A stretch of DNA of 42,692 nucleotides, from positions 1 through 42,692 of the forward strand of contig JAIOJU010000240.1 of NCBI GenBank assembly GCA_019911765.1, given 5' to 3'. The notes under the pieces were generated by a model that had not been told where the DNA came from, did no database searches, and saw nothing but the letters and a program-made list of their open reading frames with translations. This document shows positions 9,975-17,961 of the stretch, one piece after another. Origin of the DNA: Thiobacillus sp. (GTDB taxonomy: Bacteria; Pseudomonadota; Gammaproteobacteria; Burkholderiales; Thiobacillaceae). The position numbers were made by a program, and so were the translations under genes. The first letter of the stretch is position 1; each line of letters opens with the position of its first letter.

Positions 9975-11210
9975 ATGAAACCTGCCAGTACGGATCAAGC
10001 AAGCCAGGATGGCTTGTGGCTGGCATTGATCGTCACGATGGGTATTGCCATGAGGCTGGCTGCAATTGCTGGGTTTAAGCATTCGCCTGAAAGTGATGAG
10101 CTTGTTTACATGTCCATGGCGAGCAGTCTGGCAAGCGGTAATGGCATTGTTGATGCAATGGGTAACCATGCCATGTACAACGTGGGTTATCCCTTGTTCA
10201 TCCTGGCGCCCGTGTTTTTCCTGGGTGAAGATCTTCTGTCCGCAAGGCTTGTAAACCTGGTTCTGGGTGCCGTGGTTATTGCACTCTGCTATGTGGTTGC
10301 CAAAGAGGCGGGTGCCGGCCGGGTCGGACGGCTGCTTGCTGCGGCCATATGGGCGCTCTACCTGCCTGCAAGCGTGTATGGGGTGTACCTTTTAAAAGAA
10401 AACCTGATGGCGCCACTGATGCTGGGTGTGGTTTGGTGTGGGTTGCGATTGGCCAGGAAATATTCCGTAAGAACAGCTATTGGCTGTGGCGTGTTGTTTG
10501 GGTTGCTTGCCTTGACTGGTAATGCGGCATTGTCACTGGCTGGCCCCGTTTTCCTCGCATTGTGGCTGACGCCCGGCCCGGTTCGGCAGCGGTTGACACT
10601 TTCCGTGCTGATGTTGGCTATGGCAATTGCCGTCATCGCGCCCTGGATGATCAGGAATATGCAGGTGGTCGGTGCCCCCGTCCTGAATACGAATGGAGGC
10701 TTCAACCTGTACATAGGCAATAATCCTGCCGCTACAGGCTGGTTTGTTTCAATTGCCGATACGCCCCGTGGACCGACCTGGGAGGCATTGCGCAAGACGG
10801 GAGAAGTTCGGGCAGACGATATCCTGAAAAAGGAGGCCATAGCTTGGGCCAGTGCCAATCCCGCCGAATTCCTTGCCTTGGCCTTTAAAAAATCCATTTA
10901 CTTCTGGACGCCACCTTTTCACCAGGGGAAAGGGCAAGCGTCGACTGTCGAGGCATTTGTGAGGGTCGTGTGGGCGATCCAGTTTGTTGCCCTGATCGTG
11001 GCTGCTAGCGGAACGTTGATGTTCTCTGGTTTACGAAACAGGCAACTGGCCATCCTATGGGGGGCGATTGCCTGTTATACCGCCGTGCATATGCTGTTTT
11101 ACGTCATATTCCGGTACCGGGAACCAATTATGCCGGTGCTGGGCGTAATGGCAGCGCTTGCGGCTGAGGTCCTTTTGATGAAAAGAGGGCTTGTCAGGAA
11201 TCGTGCATAA
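9975..11210 (+). CDS. GT-C fold integral membrane glycosyltransferase (ArnT/PMT-like)
   Basis: SDE-x-x-Y after TM1, GYPLF, many TM helices, PWMIRN...NTNGGFNLYIGNN, RYREP; GGAGG RBS before ATG 9975. Confidence 0.8.
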   Translation: MKPASTDQASQDGLWLALIVTMGIAMRLAAIAGFKHSPESDELVYMSMASSLASGNGIVDAMGNHAMYNVGYPLFILAPVFFLGEDLLSARLVNLVLGAVVIALCYVVAKEAGAGRVGRLLAAAIWALYLPASVYGVYLLKENLMAPLMLGVVWCGLRLARKYSVRTAIGCGVLFGLLALTGNAALSLAGPVFLALWLTPGPVRQRLTLSVLMLAMAIAVIAPWMIRNMQVVGAPVLNTNGGFNLYIGNNPAATGWFVSIADTPRGPTWEALRKTGEVRADDILKKEAIAWASANPAEFLALAFKKSIYFWTPPFHQGKGQASTVEAFVRVVWAIQFVALIVAASGTLMFSGLRNRQLAILWGAIACYTAVHMLFYVIFRYREPIMPVLGVMAALAAEVLLMKRGLVRNRA

Positions 11211-11321
11211 GAAAAGGCTCCCGGGTCTGGCGTGATTTGCTGCCTTCCGCGGGTTCGACAGGCTTCCCCGCCCTATGCTGTTTGGCAGGATGCGTTCTGC
11301 TCAGCCAGCCTCTTTCTCCAC

Positions 11322-12044
11322 TCAAAAGCGCTCATCTTCCCGCATGTAACGCCATTGCCCGGGCGGCACTTTCGCCAGCGGGATGCCGCCGAGGCGGATG
11401 CGTTTCATCGACACCACCTGGAGTCCGACAGCTTCGCACAGATGGGCGATCTGACCGATCTGGCAGCCTTTCAATGCGACACGCAAGCGGGTTTCGTTTT
11501 GCCAGCTGACCTTGATGGCGGCGGGGGTGTGGCCGTGGTAGGGGATGCCCTTGTTCAGGCGCTTGAGGCCGTTGGGGATGAGTTCGCCGCTGACTTCGAC
11601 GATGAGTTCGTGCTCCAGCGTGGCGGCGTCATCGGTAAGCTTGCGCACGATACGCCAGTCCTGGGTGAAGACGACAAGACCGCTGGCATCGGCTTCCAGG
11701 GGCACGCAGGCGGTGAGCTGGGTGAAATGGGCTTTCAGCGGCGAGATGCCGGTTCCGTCATGCTCCCACAGGGAGTCGGCACGCAGCAGCTGCAAGGCGG
11801 TTTTGTCGTCGTCGCTGATGCGCACGCCGGCCGGCTTGTGCAGCAGCAGGGTGACGGGCTCGATCTGGCTGGGGTCGGCCTGGGGATCGATCTCGATGCG
11901 CTGACTCGCCACGCGGAATTGCGGTTCTTCGATCACCACGCCATCCACGCGCACCCAGCCGCCGGTGATGATTTGTTCGGCTTCGCGGCGCGAGCAGGCG
12001 CGCAGTTCGGCAACGCGTTTGGAGAGTCGGATGGAGTCGGTCAT
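11322..12044 (-). CDS. S4-domain RsuA/RluF-like pseudouridine synthase homolog, catalytically degenerate
   Basis: RLSKRVAELRACSRREAE S4 domain, LLHKPAG, KRIRLG; the GRLD catalytic motif reads VPLE. Confidence 0.88.
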   Translation of the reverse strand: MTDSIRLSKRVAELRACSRREAEQIITGGWVRVDGVVIEEPQFRVASQRIEIDPQADPSQIEPVTLLLHKPAGVRISDDDKTALQLLRADSLWEHDGTGISPLKAHFTQLTACVPLEADASGLVVFTQDWRIVRKLTDDAATLEHELIVEVSGELIPNGLKRLNKGIPYHGHTPAAIKVSWQNETRLRVALKGCQIGQIAHLCEAVGLQVVSMKRIRLGGIPLAKVPPGQWRYMREDERF

Positions 12045-12194
12045 GGAAAGATGGGGTGTGCGGGAGGTGTGAGTTTACCGCTGCAGGGGCCTGGCGGTGG
12101 CAAACATCGGCAGGCGTAAGCCACGCGACGCGCGCGGTTGTGGTGGTGCGTGCGGGCGCGGTATGCTTTCAGATCGTTCAATCAGGAGACCCCC

Positions 12195-12986
12195 ATGAAA
12201 ACTGCACTTGCATTGTCATTGTTGTTTTTGTCGTCATCGGCCATGGCCGCCGTGGTGGTCAAGGATGTCAGCTACAAGGCCGGTGAAACCATGATGAAGG
12301 GCGCCCTGGCATTTGACGATACGGCCAAGGACAAGCGCGCCGGGGTGCTCGTGGTGCCGGAGTGGTGGGGCGCCAACGATTACGCCCGCAAGCGCGCGCG
12401 CATGCTGGCCAGCGAAGGCTATGTGGCACTGGTGGTCGACATGTATGGCAACGGCCAGATTGCGGATAACCCGACCGAGGCGGGCGCACTGGCCGGCAGC
12501 ATCAACAAGAATCCGCCGCTGGCCTTGCTGCGCTTTCTGGCGGCTGAAAAGTTTCTCAGCGCGCAGCCCAATGTGAAAAAAGGCGAACTGGCCGCGCTGG
12601 GCTACTGCTTTGGCGGGGGCGTGGTGTTGAACATGGCGCGTGCAGGCGTGCCGCTGAAATCAGTGGTGAGTTATCACGGTGTGCTGGCGACCGATGTGTC
12701 GGTCAAGCCGGGTGATATCAAGGCGAAGATACGCGTATTCCATGGCGAGGCCGACCCGGTGGTGCCACCGGCGCAGGTGGAAGCATTCAAGTTTGAAATG
12801 GACAACGCCAAGGCGGATTACATGTTCGTTTCCTATCCCGGCGTGAAGCACACCTTCACCAACCGCGAGGCCGACAGCTACGCGGCGCAGTTTGGTCTGC
12901 CGCTGAAATACGATCATGCGGCCGATGTCGATTCGTGGACGCGGACGCTGGAGTTCCTCAAGTCGACGCTGAACCAGCAGCCATGA
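12195..12986 (+). CDS. Dienelactone hydrolase family protein with signal peptide
   Basis: MKTALALSLLFLSSSAMA signal; PEWWG, GYCFGG, HGEADP, GVKHTFTN (Cys-Asp-His triad); AGGAG RBS. Confidence 0.9.
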   Translation: MKTALALSLLFLSSSAMAAVVVKDVSYKAGETMMKGALAFDDTAKDKRAGVLVVPEWWGANDYARKRARMLASEGYVALVVDMYGNGQIADNPTEAGALAGSINKNPPLALLRFLAAEKFLSAQPNVKKGELAALGYCFGGGVVLNMARAGVPLKSVVSYHGVLATDVSVKPGDIKAKIRVFHGEADPVVPPAQVEAFKFEMDNAKADYMFVSYPGVKHTFTNREADSYAAQFGLPLKYDHAADVDSWTRTLEFLKSTLNQQP

Positions 12987-13627
12987 GCGGTGCTTGCGAC
13001 CACGACTGCCACACCCCGCACGACAGCGGCAGCATCGGTATTCCTCAGGTCGGCTCGTTTGATCCGGTAGCGTTCGAGCGCGCCATCAACGACATGCTCG
13101 CGGCCTGCGGCGTGGCGCCGGATTCGGTGCACACCGGGCGCACGGCCGAACGGGTGCGCGACCTGTGGCAGAAACGGCTGCTCGGCGGTTATGCCGTTTC
13201 ACCCGCCGATGCGCTGGGCGAAGGCTTTGCCGATGATGGCGACGACATGGTGGTGGTGCGCGGCATCGCGGTGCATGGCGTGTGTCCGCATCATCTGGTG
13301 CCGTTTCGCGGCGTGGCGCATGTGGCCTATATCCCGGGTGGGCGGCTGCACGGTTTTGGCCGGGTCGCGCGCATGGTCGATGCGATCGGCCACCGCTTTA
13401 CCTATCAGGAATGGATGACGCGCGACATCGCCGAAGCCCTGGTCACCCATGGCCAGGCGAAAGGCGCGGCCTGCATGATCGAGGCCGAGCAGTTGTGCCT
13501 GCTGCTGGGGGAAGACCGGCGCGGCGACGAACGCGTAGTGACGCAGGCATTTACCGGCAACTTCAAAACCAGCGACCAGCTGCGTAATGAATTTTTGCGC
13601 GCCACCCTGCAGCGGGAGCTGCGTTAA
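12983..13627 (+). CDS. Divergent GTP cyclohydrolase I (FolE-like T-fold protein)
   Basis: TAERV, CPHHLVPFRGVAHVAYIP, YQE, IEAEQLC, GNFK...RNEFL; ATG overlaps upstream TGA (ATGA). Confidence 0.85.
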   Translation: MSGACDHDCHTPHDSGSIGIPQVGSFDPVAFERAINDMLAACGVAPDSVHTGRTAERVRDLWQKRLLGGYAVSPADALGEGFADDGDDMVVVRGIAVHGVCPHHLVPFRGVAHVAYIPGGRLHGFGRVARMVDAIGHRFTYQEWMTRDIAEALVTHGQAKGAACMIEAEQLCLLLGEDRRGDERVVTQAFTGNFKTSDQLRNEFLRATLQRELR

Positions 13628-13701
13628 CAGGCGGACGCAGTATTGATCTATCAGGAGACAGATTGCCGCGTACACGACTATTGATCCGGCACGAATTAAA
13701 C

Positions 13702-14352
13702 ATGACTGTCGTTCGCCCTGAGCCTGTCAAAGGGCTGTGCCTCGACAGGCACAACACGAACGAACTCGCGGATAAATCTGGCTGGATCAATAACCTGAAG
13801 CTGTTTTGTCTTTTGGCGGCCACGCTGGGAGCGTTGCCGCTGCATGCCGAAGAAGCCCCCAACTGGCACGACGATGTCCTGCCCGACGTACAGATCAAGG
13901 TCGTGGAGCCTGCGCGCAATGAAGTGGTGGTGGTCATCAACGACAATGCGCTGGGCGGAAACCACGCGGGCCTGTTCGCTGGCAAACAGCTGATCGATCC
14001 GGCCGGGAGCTATTTCGGCAGGCGTGGCATGGACAAGGCCTGGCCGGGGCCGACGCTGGCGGATTACGCGCGCTTCCAGACGGTGGATGGATTGAAGATC
14101 CGCCTGTATCGTTTTTTGCTCAAGCCCGGGGCATTTGCCGAGATCGAGCGGCGAGTTCGCGAGGCCGGTTCAACGCCCCCTTTGTTCTGCGCGGTCACGG
14201 TGCACAATCTGCTCGCCGGAGCGATGCCGTTTGATGGCGTTGAGCGAACAGGCTGGACGACGCCCGCCGCCCTGGGCCGCCTGCTTGACGGCCTGACGCA
14301 GGGTGAAGCAGCCATCGGCGAATGCCAGAACCTGGATGCGACACCATGCTGA
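13702..14352 (+). CDS. Exported hypothetical protein, putative permuted papain-like (His...Cys) fold
   Basis: Hydrophobic stretch ending LPLHA|EE; GNHAGLF...IDPAGS...PLFCAV...TTPAAL; start uncertain. Confidence 0.6.
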   Translation: MTVVRPEPVKGLCLDRHNTNELADKSGWINNLKLFCLLAATLGALPLHAEEAPNWHDDVLPDVQIKVVEPARNEVVVVINDNALGGNHAGLFAGKQLIDPAGSYFGRRGMDKAWPGPTLADYARFQTVDGLKIRLYRFLLKPGAFAEIERRVREAGSTPPLFCAVTVHNLLAGAMPFDGVERTGWTTPAALGRLLDGLTQGEAAIGECQNLDATPC

Positions 14353-14448
14353 GGCCTTGAACGTGCCTTGCGGCAGGCCAACCGGCATGTATGCTGGAAA
14401 AGCTGAAGGCGGCTAAGCCGCTACCTGACTGGCTGACTGGAAAACCGA

Positions 14449-14931
14449 ATGGAACGCAATCCCGAACAAGACGCGCGCCGTCCACGCACGCTGATTCTGC
14501 CCCCCGCACCCTATGCGGCCGCCATGCTGGGCGGCTGGTGGCTGGATCATCAACTGCTGGCGATGCCGCTAGATCTGGGTGCGGCGATGATCCCGCTAGG
14601 CTGGTCGGCGGTGGTCCTGGGGCTGGCGCTGTTTGCCTGGACCATGTGGACCTTTGTGCGCCACCGCACCACGGTCAATCCGTATGCAGGTGCCTCTGCC
14701 CTTTGCACCAGCGGGCCGTTCCGATTCAGCCGCAATCCGATTTATCTCGGCGACTGGTTCATTCTGCTGGGGGTGTCGCTGCTGCTGGGCACGGTCTGGC
14801 CGTTGCTGTTTGCGCCCCTGATTTGGGCCATGCTGCGCTTTGGGGTGATCCGGCACGAAGAAGCCCATCTCGAAGCGAAGTTCGGCGCGGACTATCGGGC
14901 CTATAAAACCCGGGTTCGACGCTGGATATGA
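14449..14931 (+). CDS. Isoprenylcysteine carboxyl methyltransferase / PEMT-family membrane protein
   Basis: TTVNP...LCTSGPFRFSRNPIYLG...EEAHLEAKFGADYRAYKTRVRRWI. Confidence 0.9.
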   Translation: MERNPEQDARRPRTLILPPAPYAAAMLGGWWLDHQLLAMPLDLGAAMIPLGWSAVVLGLALFAWTMWTFVRHRTTVNPYAGASALCTSGPFRFSRNPIYLGDWFILLGVSLLLGTVWPLLFAPLIWAMLRFGVIRHEEAHLEAKFGADYRAYKTRVRRWI

Positions 14932-15020
14932 TCCGATCACCCCCCCCGCTCAGCTTGTGGCCTACAGTGTGGCCGGGCCGGGCCGTTACTGACTGGATAT
15001 GACTTCTCAGGTGCCCGACC

Positions 15021-15374
15021 ATGAACGTGACCCTGTATGAAAAACAGATCGAAATCCGCCTCACCGCAGCCGCCGCGCGTGCACTTTCGCAGCGGGCGAC
15101 GCCGCTGGTTGCCGAAATGGAATTGCTGTTCTCCTGCCTGCTGCGCAAGCGGGTGTATTTTGGGGAATCAATGGATCATACGACCCCGGTAAATGACCGA
15201 CTTTCAGTGCGATTCAAACCCATCATGACACGCCGTTGCAGCGTGAGCGAAGGCGGGGCTACGCCGCCTTCGGAGGGTTTTCCGCTCGAAAATCCGCGTC
15301 CCTTTGTGCCAGGCTGGCTGGCGATAGACTACCGTCGTGGCGAGTGGGTGGGGCAGTTTGGCTACGCCGAATAA
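15021..15374 (+). CDS. Hypothetical protein (2 Cys; HesB/IscA-like N-terminus)
   Basis: Protein-like ORF co-oriented with neighbours; IRLTAAAARAL, ELLFSCLLRKRV, PIMTRRC. Confidence 0.7.
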   Translation: MNVTLYEKQIEIRLTAAAARALSQRATPLVAEMELLFSCLLRKRVYFGESMDHTTPVNDRLSVRFKPIMTRRCSVSEGGATPPSEGFPLENPRPFVPGWLAIDYRRGEWVGQFGYAE

Positions 15375-15403
15375 CCCGTAAGCTGCTTGATGGGGGCCGT
15401 AAT

Positions 15404-15570
15404 CTAGTGGTCTGCTTCCGAAATAATGCAACATGAAACGGCGTCTTTTTCCGCATGGCGGCGTTGCTCGTCGTTGCCATAGAGCCCGCTATGTCGCCTC
15501 CTCGCGCCTTGCCCTACGAAAAGATCCATCCGTTTCATCCTGTCACACTATTTCGGAAGCAGACCACTAG
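15404..15570. mobile_element. 167-bp MITE, copy 2
   Basis: Same 22-bp TIRs as 4087-4253; 5 substitutions by manual comparison; the right CTAG contains the tatD TAG stop. Confidence 0.88.
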
Positions 15571-16409
15571 CCCGTTATCGGGCCGAATATTTCCAGCGCG
15601 TTGCGTGTCGTGGCATCGCGCACATCAGCCACACTGATTCCCCGTAATTCAGCCAGCGATTGCGCGATGCGCGGCAGCTCGCCGGGCGCATTGCGCCCGC
15701 GTCCGATCCATACTGGCGGAATGTCGGGGCTGTCGGTTTCCAGCACAATGGTTTCCAGCGGCAGATCGACCGCCAGCCGCCGCAGGTTGTTGGCGCGCGG
15801 CCAGGTGAAGGCGCCGCCGAAGCCAAGCTTGAATCCCAGTTTGATGAATTCGTCCGCCTGTTGCGGGCTGCCGTTGAAGGCATGGGCGATGCCGCCCCGC
15901 ACCTTGATCCTGCGCAGGTGCTTCAGGATCTGGTCGTTGGCGTAGCGGCAGTGCAGCAGCACAGGCAGGCCGTATTCCTGGGCAAGCTTGAGTTGTTCGA
16001 CGTAAAAGGTTTCCTGCGTGGCGAAGTCGAGTGTGGGCACGAACAGGTCGAGCCCGATTTCGCCGATAGCGATGGGACGCTGCGCTTCGATCTGCGCGCG
16101 CAGATCGGCCAGGTGCTCGGGGCGGTGCACGTCGAGCAGCATCGGGTGCAGGCCCCATGCCGGCAGGCTGCCGGGGTACCGTGCACAGGTGGCAGATACC
16201 GCAGCGAAGTTGTCGCGGCTGACGGAGGGAATGATCTGGATGGCAACACCGGCTTCGACAGCGCGCGCGTACTCGGCATCGCGGTCGGCATTGAACTCGG
16301 CGGCATCGAGGTGGCAGTGGGTGTCGATAAAAAACGGCGCCGCCGTTTTATCCAAAATGGCGCGCAAAAACGGCGCCACAGGGGACGCCGTTTTGTTTGA
16401 TGCAGCCAT
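15567..16409 (-). CDS. TatD family metal-dependent DNase
   Basis: IDTHCHLD, AIGEIGLD, LLHCR, IAHAF, LETDSPD; start uncertain (ATG 16409 or TTG 16355). Confidence 0.92.
   Translation of the reverse strand: MAASNKTASPVAPFLRAILDKTAAPFFIDTHCHLDAAEFNADRDAEYARAVEAGVAIQIIPSVSRDNFAAVSATCARYPGSLPAWGLHPMLLDVHRPEHLADLRAQIEAQRPIAIGEIGLDLFVPTLDFATQETFYVEQLKLAQEYGLPVLLHCRYANDQILKHLRRIKVRGGIAHAFNGSPQQADEFIKLGFKLGFGGAFTWPRANNLRRLAVDLPLETIVLETDSPDIPPVWIGRGRNAPGELPRIAQSLAELRGISVADVRDATTRNALEIFGPITG
16329..16394 (-). terminator. Tandem intrinsic terminator-like hairpins downstream of yccA
   Basis: Minus strand AAAACGGCGTCCCCTGTGGCGCCGTTTTT and AAAACGGCGGCGCCGTTTTTT. Confidence 0.65.
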
Positions 16410-16415
16410 CAGCGA

Positions 16416-17081
16416 TCAGTCGTTGCTGGCAAAGCCCAGCAGGTGCAGCAGGCTGGTGAACAGGTTGAAGATCGACACGAACAGGGTGACGGTCGCCATG
16501 ATGTAGTTGGTCTCGCCGCCGTGGATGATGTTGCTGGTCTCGTAGAGGATGAGGCCGGACATCAGCAGCACGAACATGGCCGACACCGCCAGCGACAGGC
16601 CGGGCATCTCGAAGAAGATCGCACCGAGGCCGGCCAGGAAGGCCACCAGAATGCCGACCATGAGGAAGCCGCCCATGAAGCTGAAGTCCTTGCGGGTGGT
16701 CATCACATAGGCCGACAGCGCGAGGAAGATCGCGGCGGTGCCGCCCATGGCCATCATCACCACCTGGCTGCCGTTGGGCAGGGCGAGATAGGCGTTGAGG
16801 ATCGGGCCGAGCGTGTAGCCCATGAAGCCGGTGAGAGCGAACACAAAGGCGATGCCGAGGCCGCTGTCGCGGAACTTGGTGGTCAGGAACAACAGGCCAA
16901 AGTAACCGACCAGGGTGATGATCATGCCGGGGTGCGGCAGGTTCAGCGACATCGAGATGCCGGCGACGAGCGCGGAGAATGCCAGCGTCATCGACAGCAG
17001 CATGTAGGTGTTGCGGACGACCTTGTTGGTCGAGGAAACCGCAGACTGGCTGCGGTTGATCGTGGTGACTTGTGGATTCAT
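16416..17081 (-). CDS. yccA: Bax inhibitor-1/YccA family membrane protein (FtsH modulator)
   Basis: NKVVRNTYMLLSMTL, GYTLGPIL, KDFSFMG, IIHGGETNYIMATV; AAGGAG RBS. Confidence 0.95.
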   Translation of the reverse strand: MNPQVTTINRSQSAVSSTNKVVRNTYMLLSMTLAFSALVAGISMSLNLPHPGMIITLVGYFGLLFLTTKFRDSGLGIAFVFALTGFMGYTLGPILNAYLALPNGSQVVMMAMGGTAAIFLALSAYVMTTRKDFSFMGGFLMVGILVAFLAGLGAIFFEMPGLSLAVSAMFVLLMSGLILYETSNIIHGGETNYIMATVTLFVSIFNLFTSLLHLLGFASND

Positions 17082-17138
17082 GGGGACTCCTTGCGATAAA
17101 CAACTAAAGACAACGCCTTTAAGGGCTTGAACGCGAGT

Positions 17139-17167
17139 ATAGAGTGTTTTGTCGGCTCAGGGTTCCC
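17139..17167 (-). promoter_or_regulatory. Putative ECF (sigmaE-like) promoter of yccA
   Basis: Minus strand GGGAACCC-TG-AGCCGA-CAAAA-CACTCTAT (GAACCC-N16-TCTAT); similar motif upstream of the OmpA gene. Confidence 0.5.
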
Positions 17168-17202
17168 GAATCCATGTTGACGGCATGGATGTTCTGTATC
17201 AC

Positions 17203-17961
17203 TCAGTCGGCCTTTTTCGCGCTGTGCCGCATCAGATTCATCAATTCGCCGGGGAAGGGAAAGACAATGGTGTTGGTTCTGTCGCCGGCAATGTTGGAAA
17301 GTGTCTGCAGGTATCGTAACTGCATCGCCTCGGGTCGAACCGCAAGGATTTCGGCGGCGGCCAGCAGTTTTTCCGAGGCCTGTAGCTCACCTTCGGCATG
17401 AATCACCTTGGCACGCCGTTCACGCTCGGCCTCGGCCTGTTTGGCGATGGCGCGTACCATGGTTTCGTCGATATCGACATGCTTGATTTCGACATTGGAG
17501 ACCTTGATGCCCCAGGCATCGGTCTGCGCATCGAGCAATTGCTGGATGTCCTGGTTGAGGCGTTCGCGTTCGGCCAGCATGTCGTCGAGTTCGTGCTTGC
17601 CCAGCACCGCGCGCAGCGTGGTCTGGGCCAGCTGACTGGTGGCGACCAGAAATTCCTCCACCTGCAAAATCGCCTTGGCGGGGTCGATGACGCGGAAATA
17701 CAGTACCGCATTGACCTTGACCGAGACGTTATCGCGCGAGATCACGTCCTGGCTCGGCACGTCCAGCACCACGGTGCGCAGATCGACCCGCACCATCTGC
17801 TGAATGCCCGGAATGACGAGGATCAGCCCCGGCCCCTTCACTTTCCAGAAGCGGCCGAGCATGAACACCACACCGCGTTCATATTCACGCAGGATACGTA
17901 GACTGGCGACCGCCAGTGCGACGATAAAAAATACGATGGTCAGACCGCCGAATTCAAACAT
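17203..17961 (-). CDS. SPFH/band-7 (stomatin-like slipin) protein
   Basis: [53 protein letters not shown]; AGGAG RBS supports ATG 17961. Confidence 0.95.
   Translation of the reverse strand: MFEFGGLTIVFFIVALAVASLRILREYERGVVFMLGRFWKVKGPGLILVIPGIQQMVRVDLRTVVLDVPSQDVISRDNVSVKVNAVLYFRVIDPAKAILQVEEFLVATSQLAQTTLRAVLGKHELDDMLAERERLNQDIQQLLDAQTDAWGIKVSNVEIKHVDIDETMVRAIAKQAEAERERRAKVIHAEGELQASEKLLAAAEILAVRPEAMQLRYLQTLSNIAGDRTNTIVFPFPGELMNLMRHSAKKAD

Noticed and set aside
15259-15637. Short ORFs sharing LVVCFRN / MATTSNA peptides with ORFs near 3195-4733
   Set aside because: The shared peptides are translations of the MITE, not a protein family.
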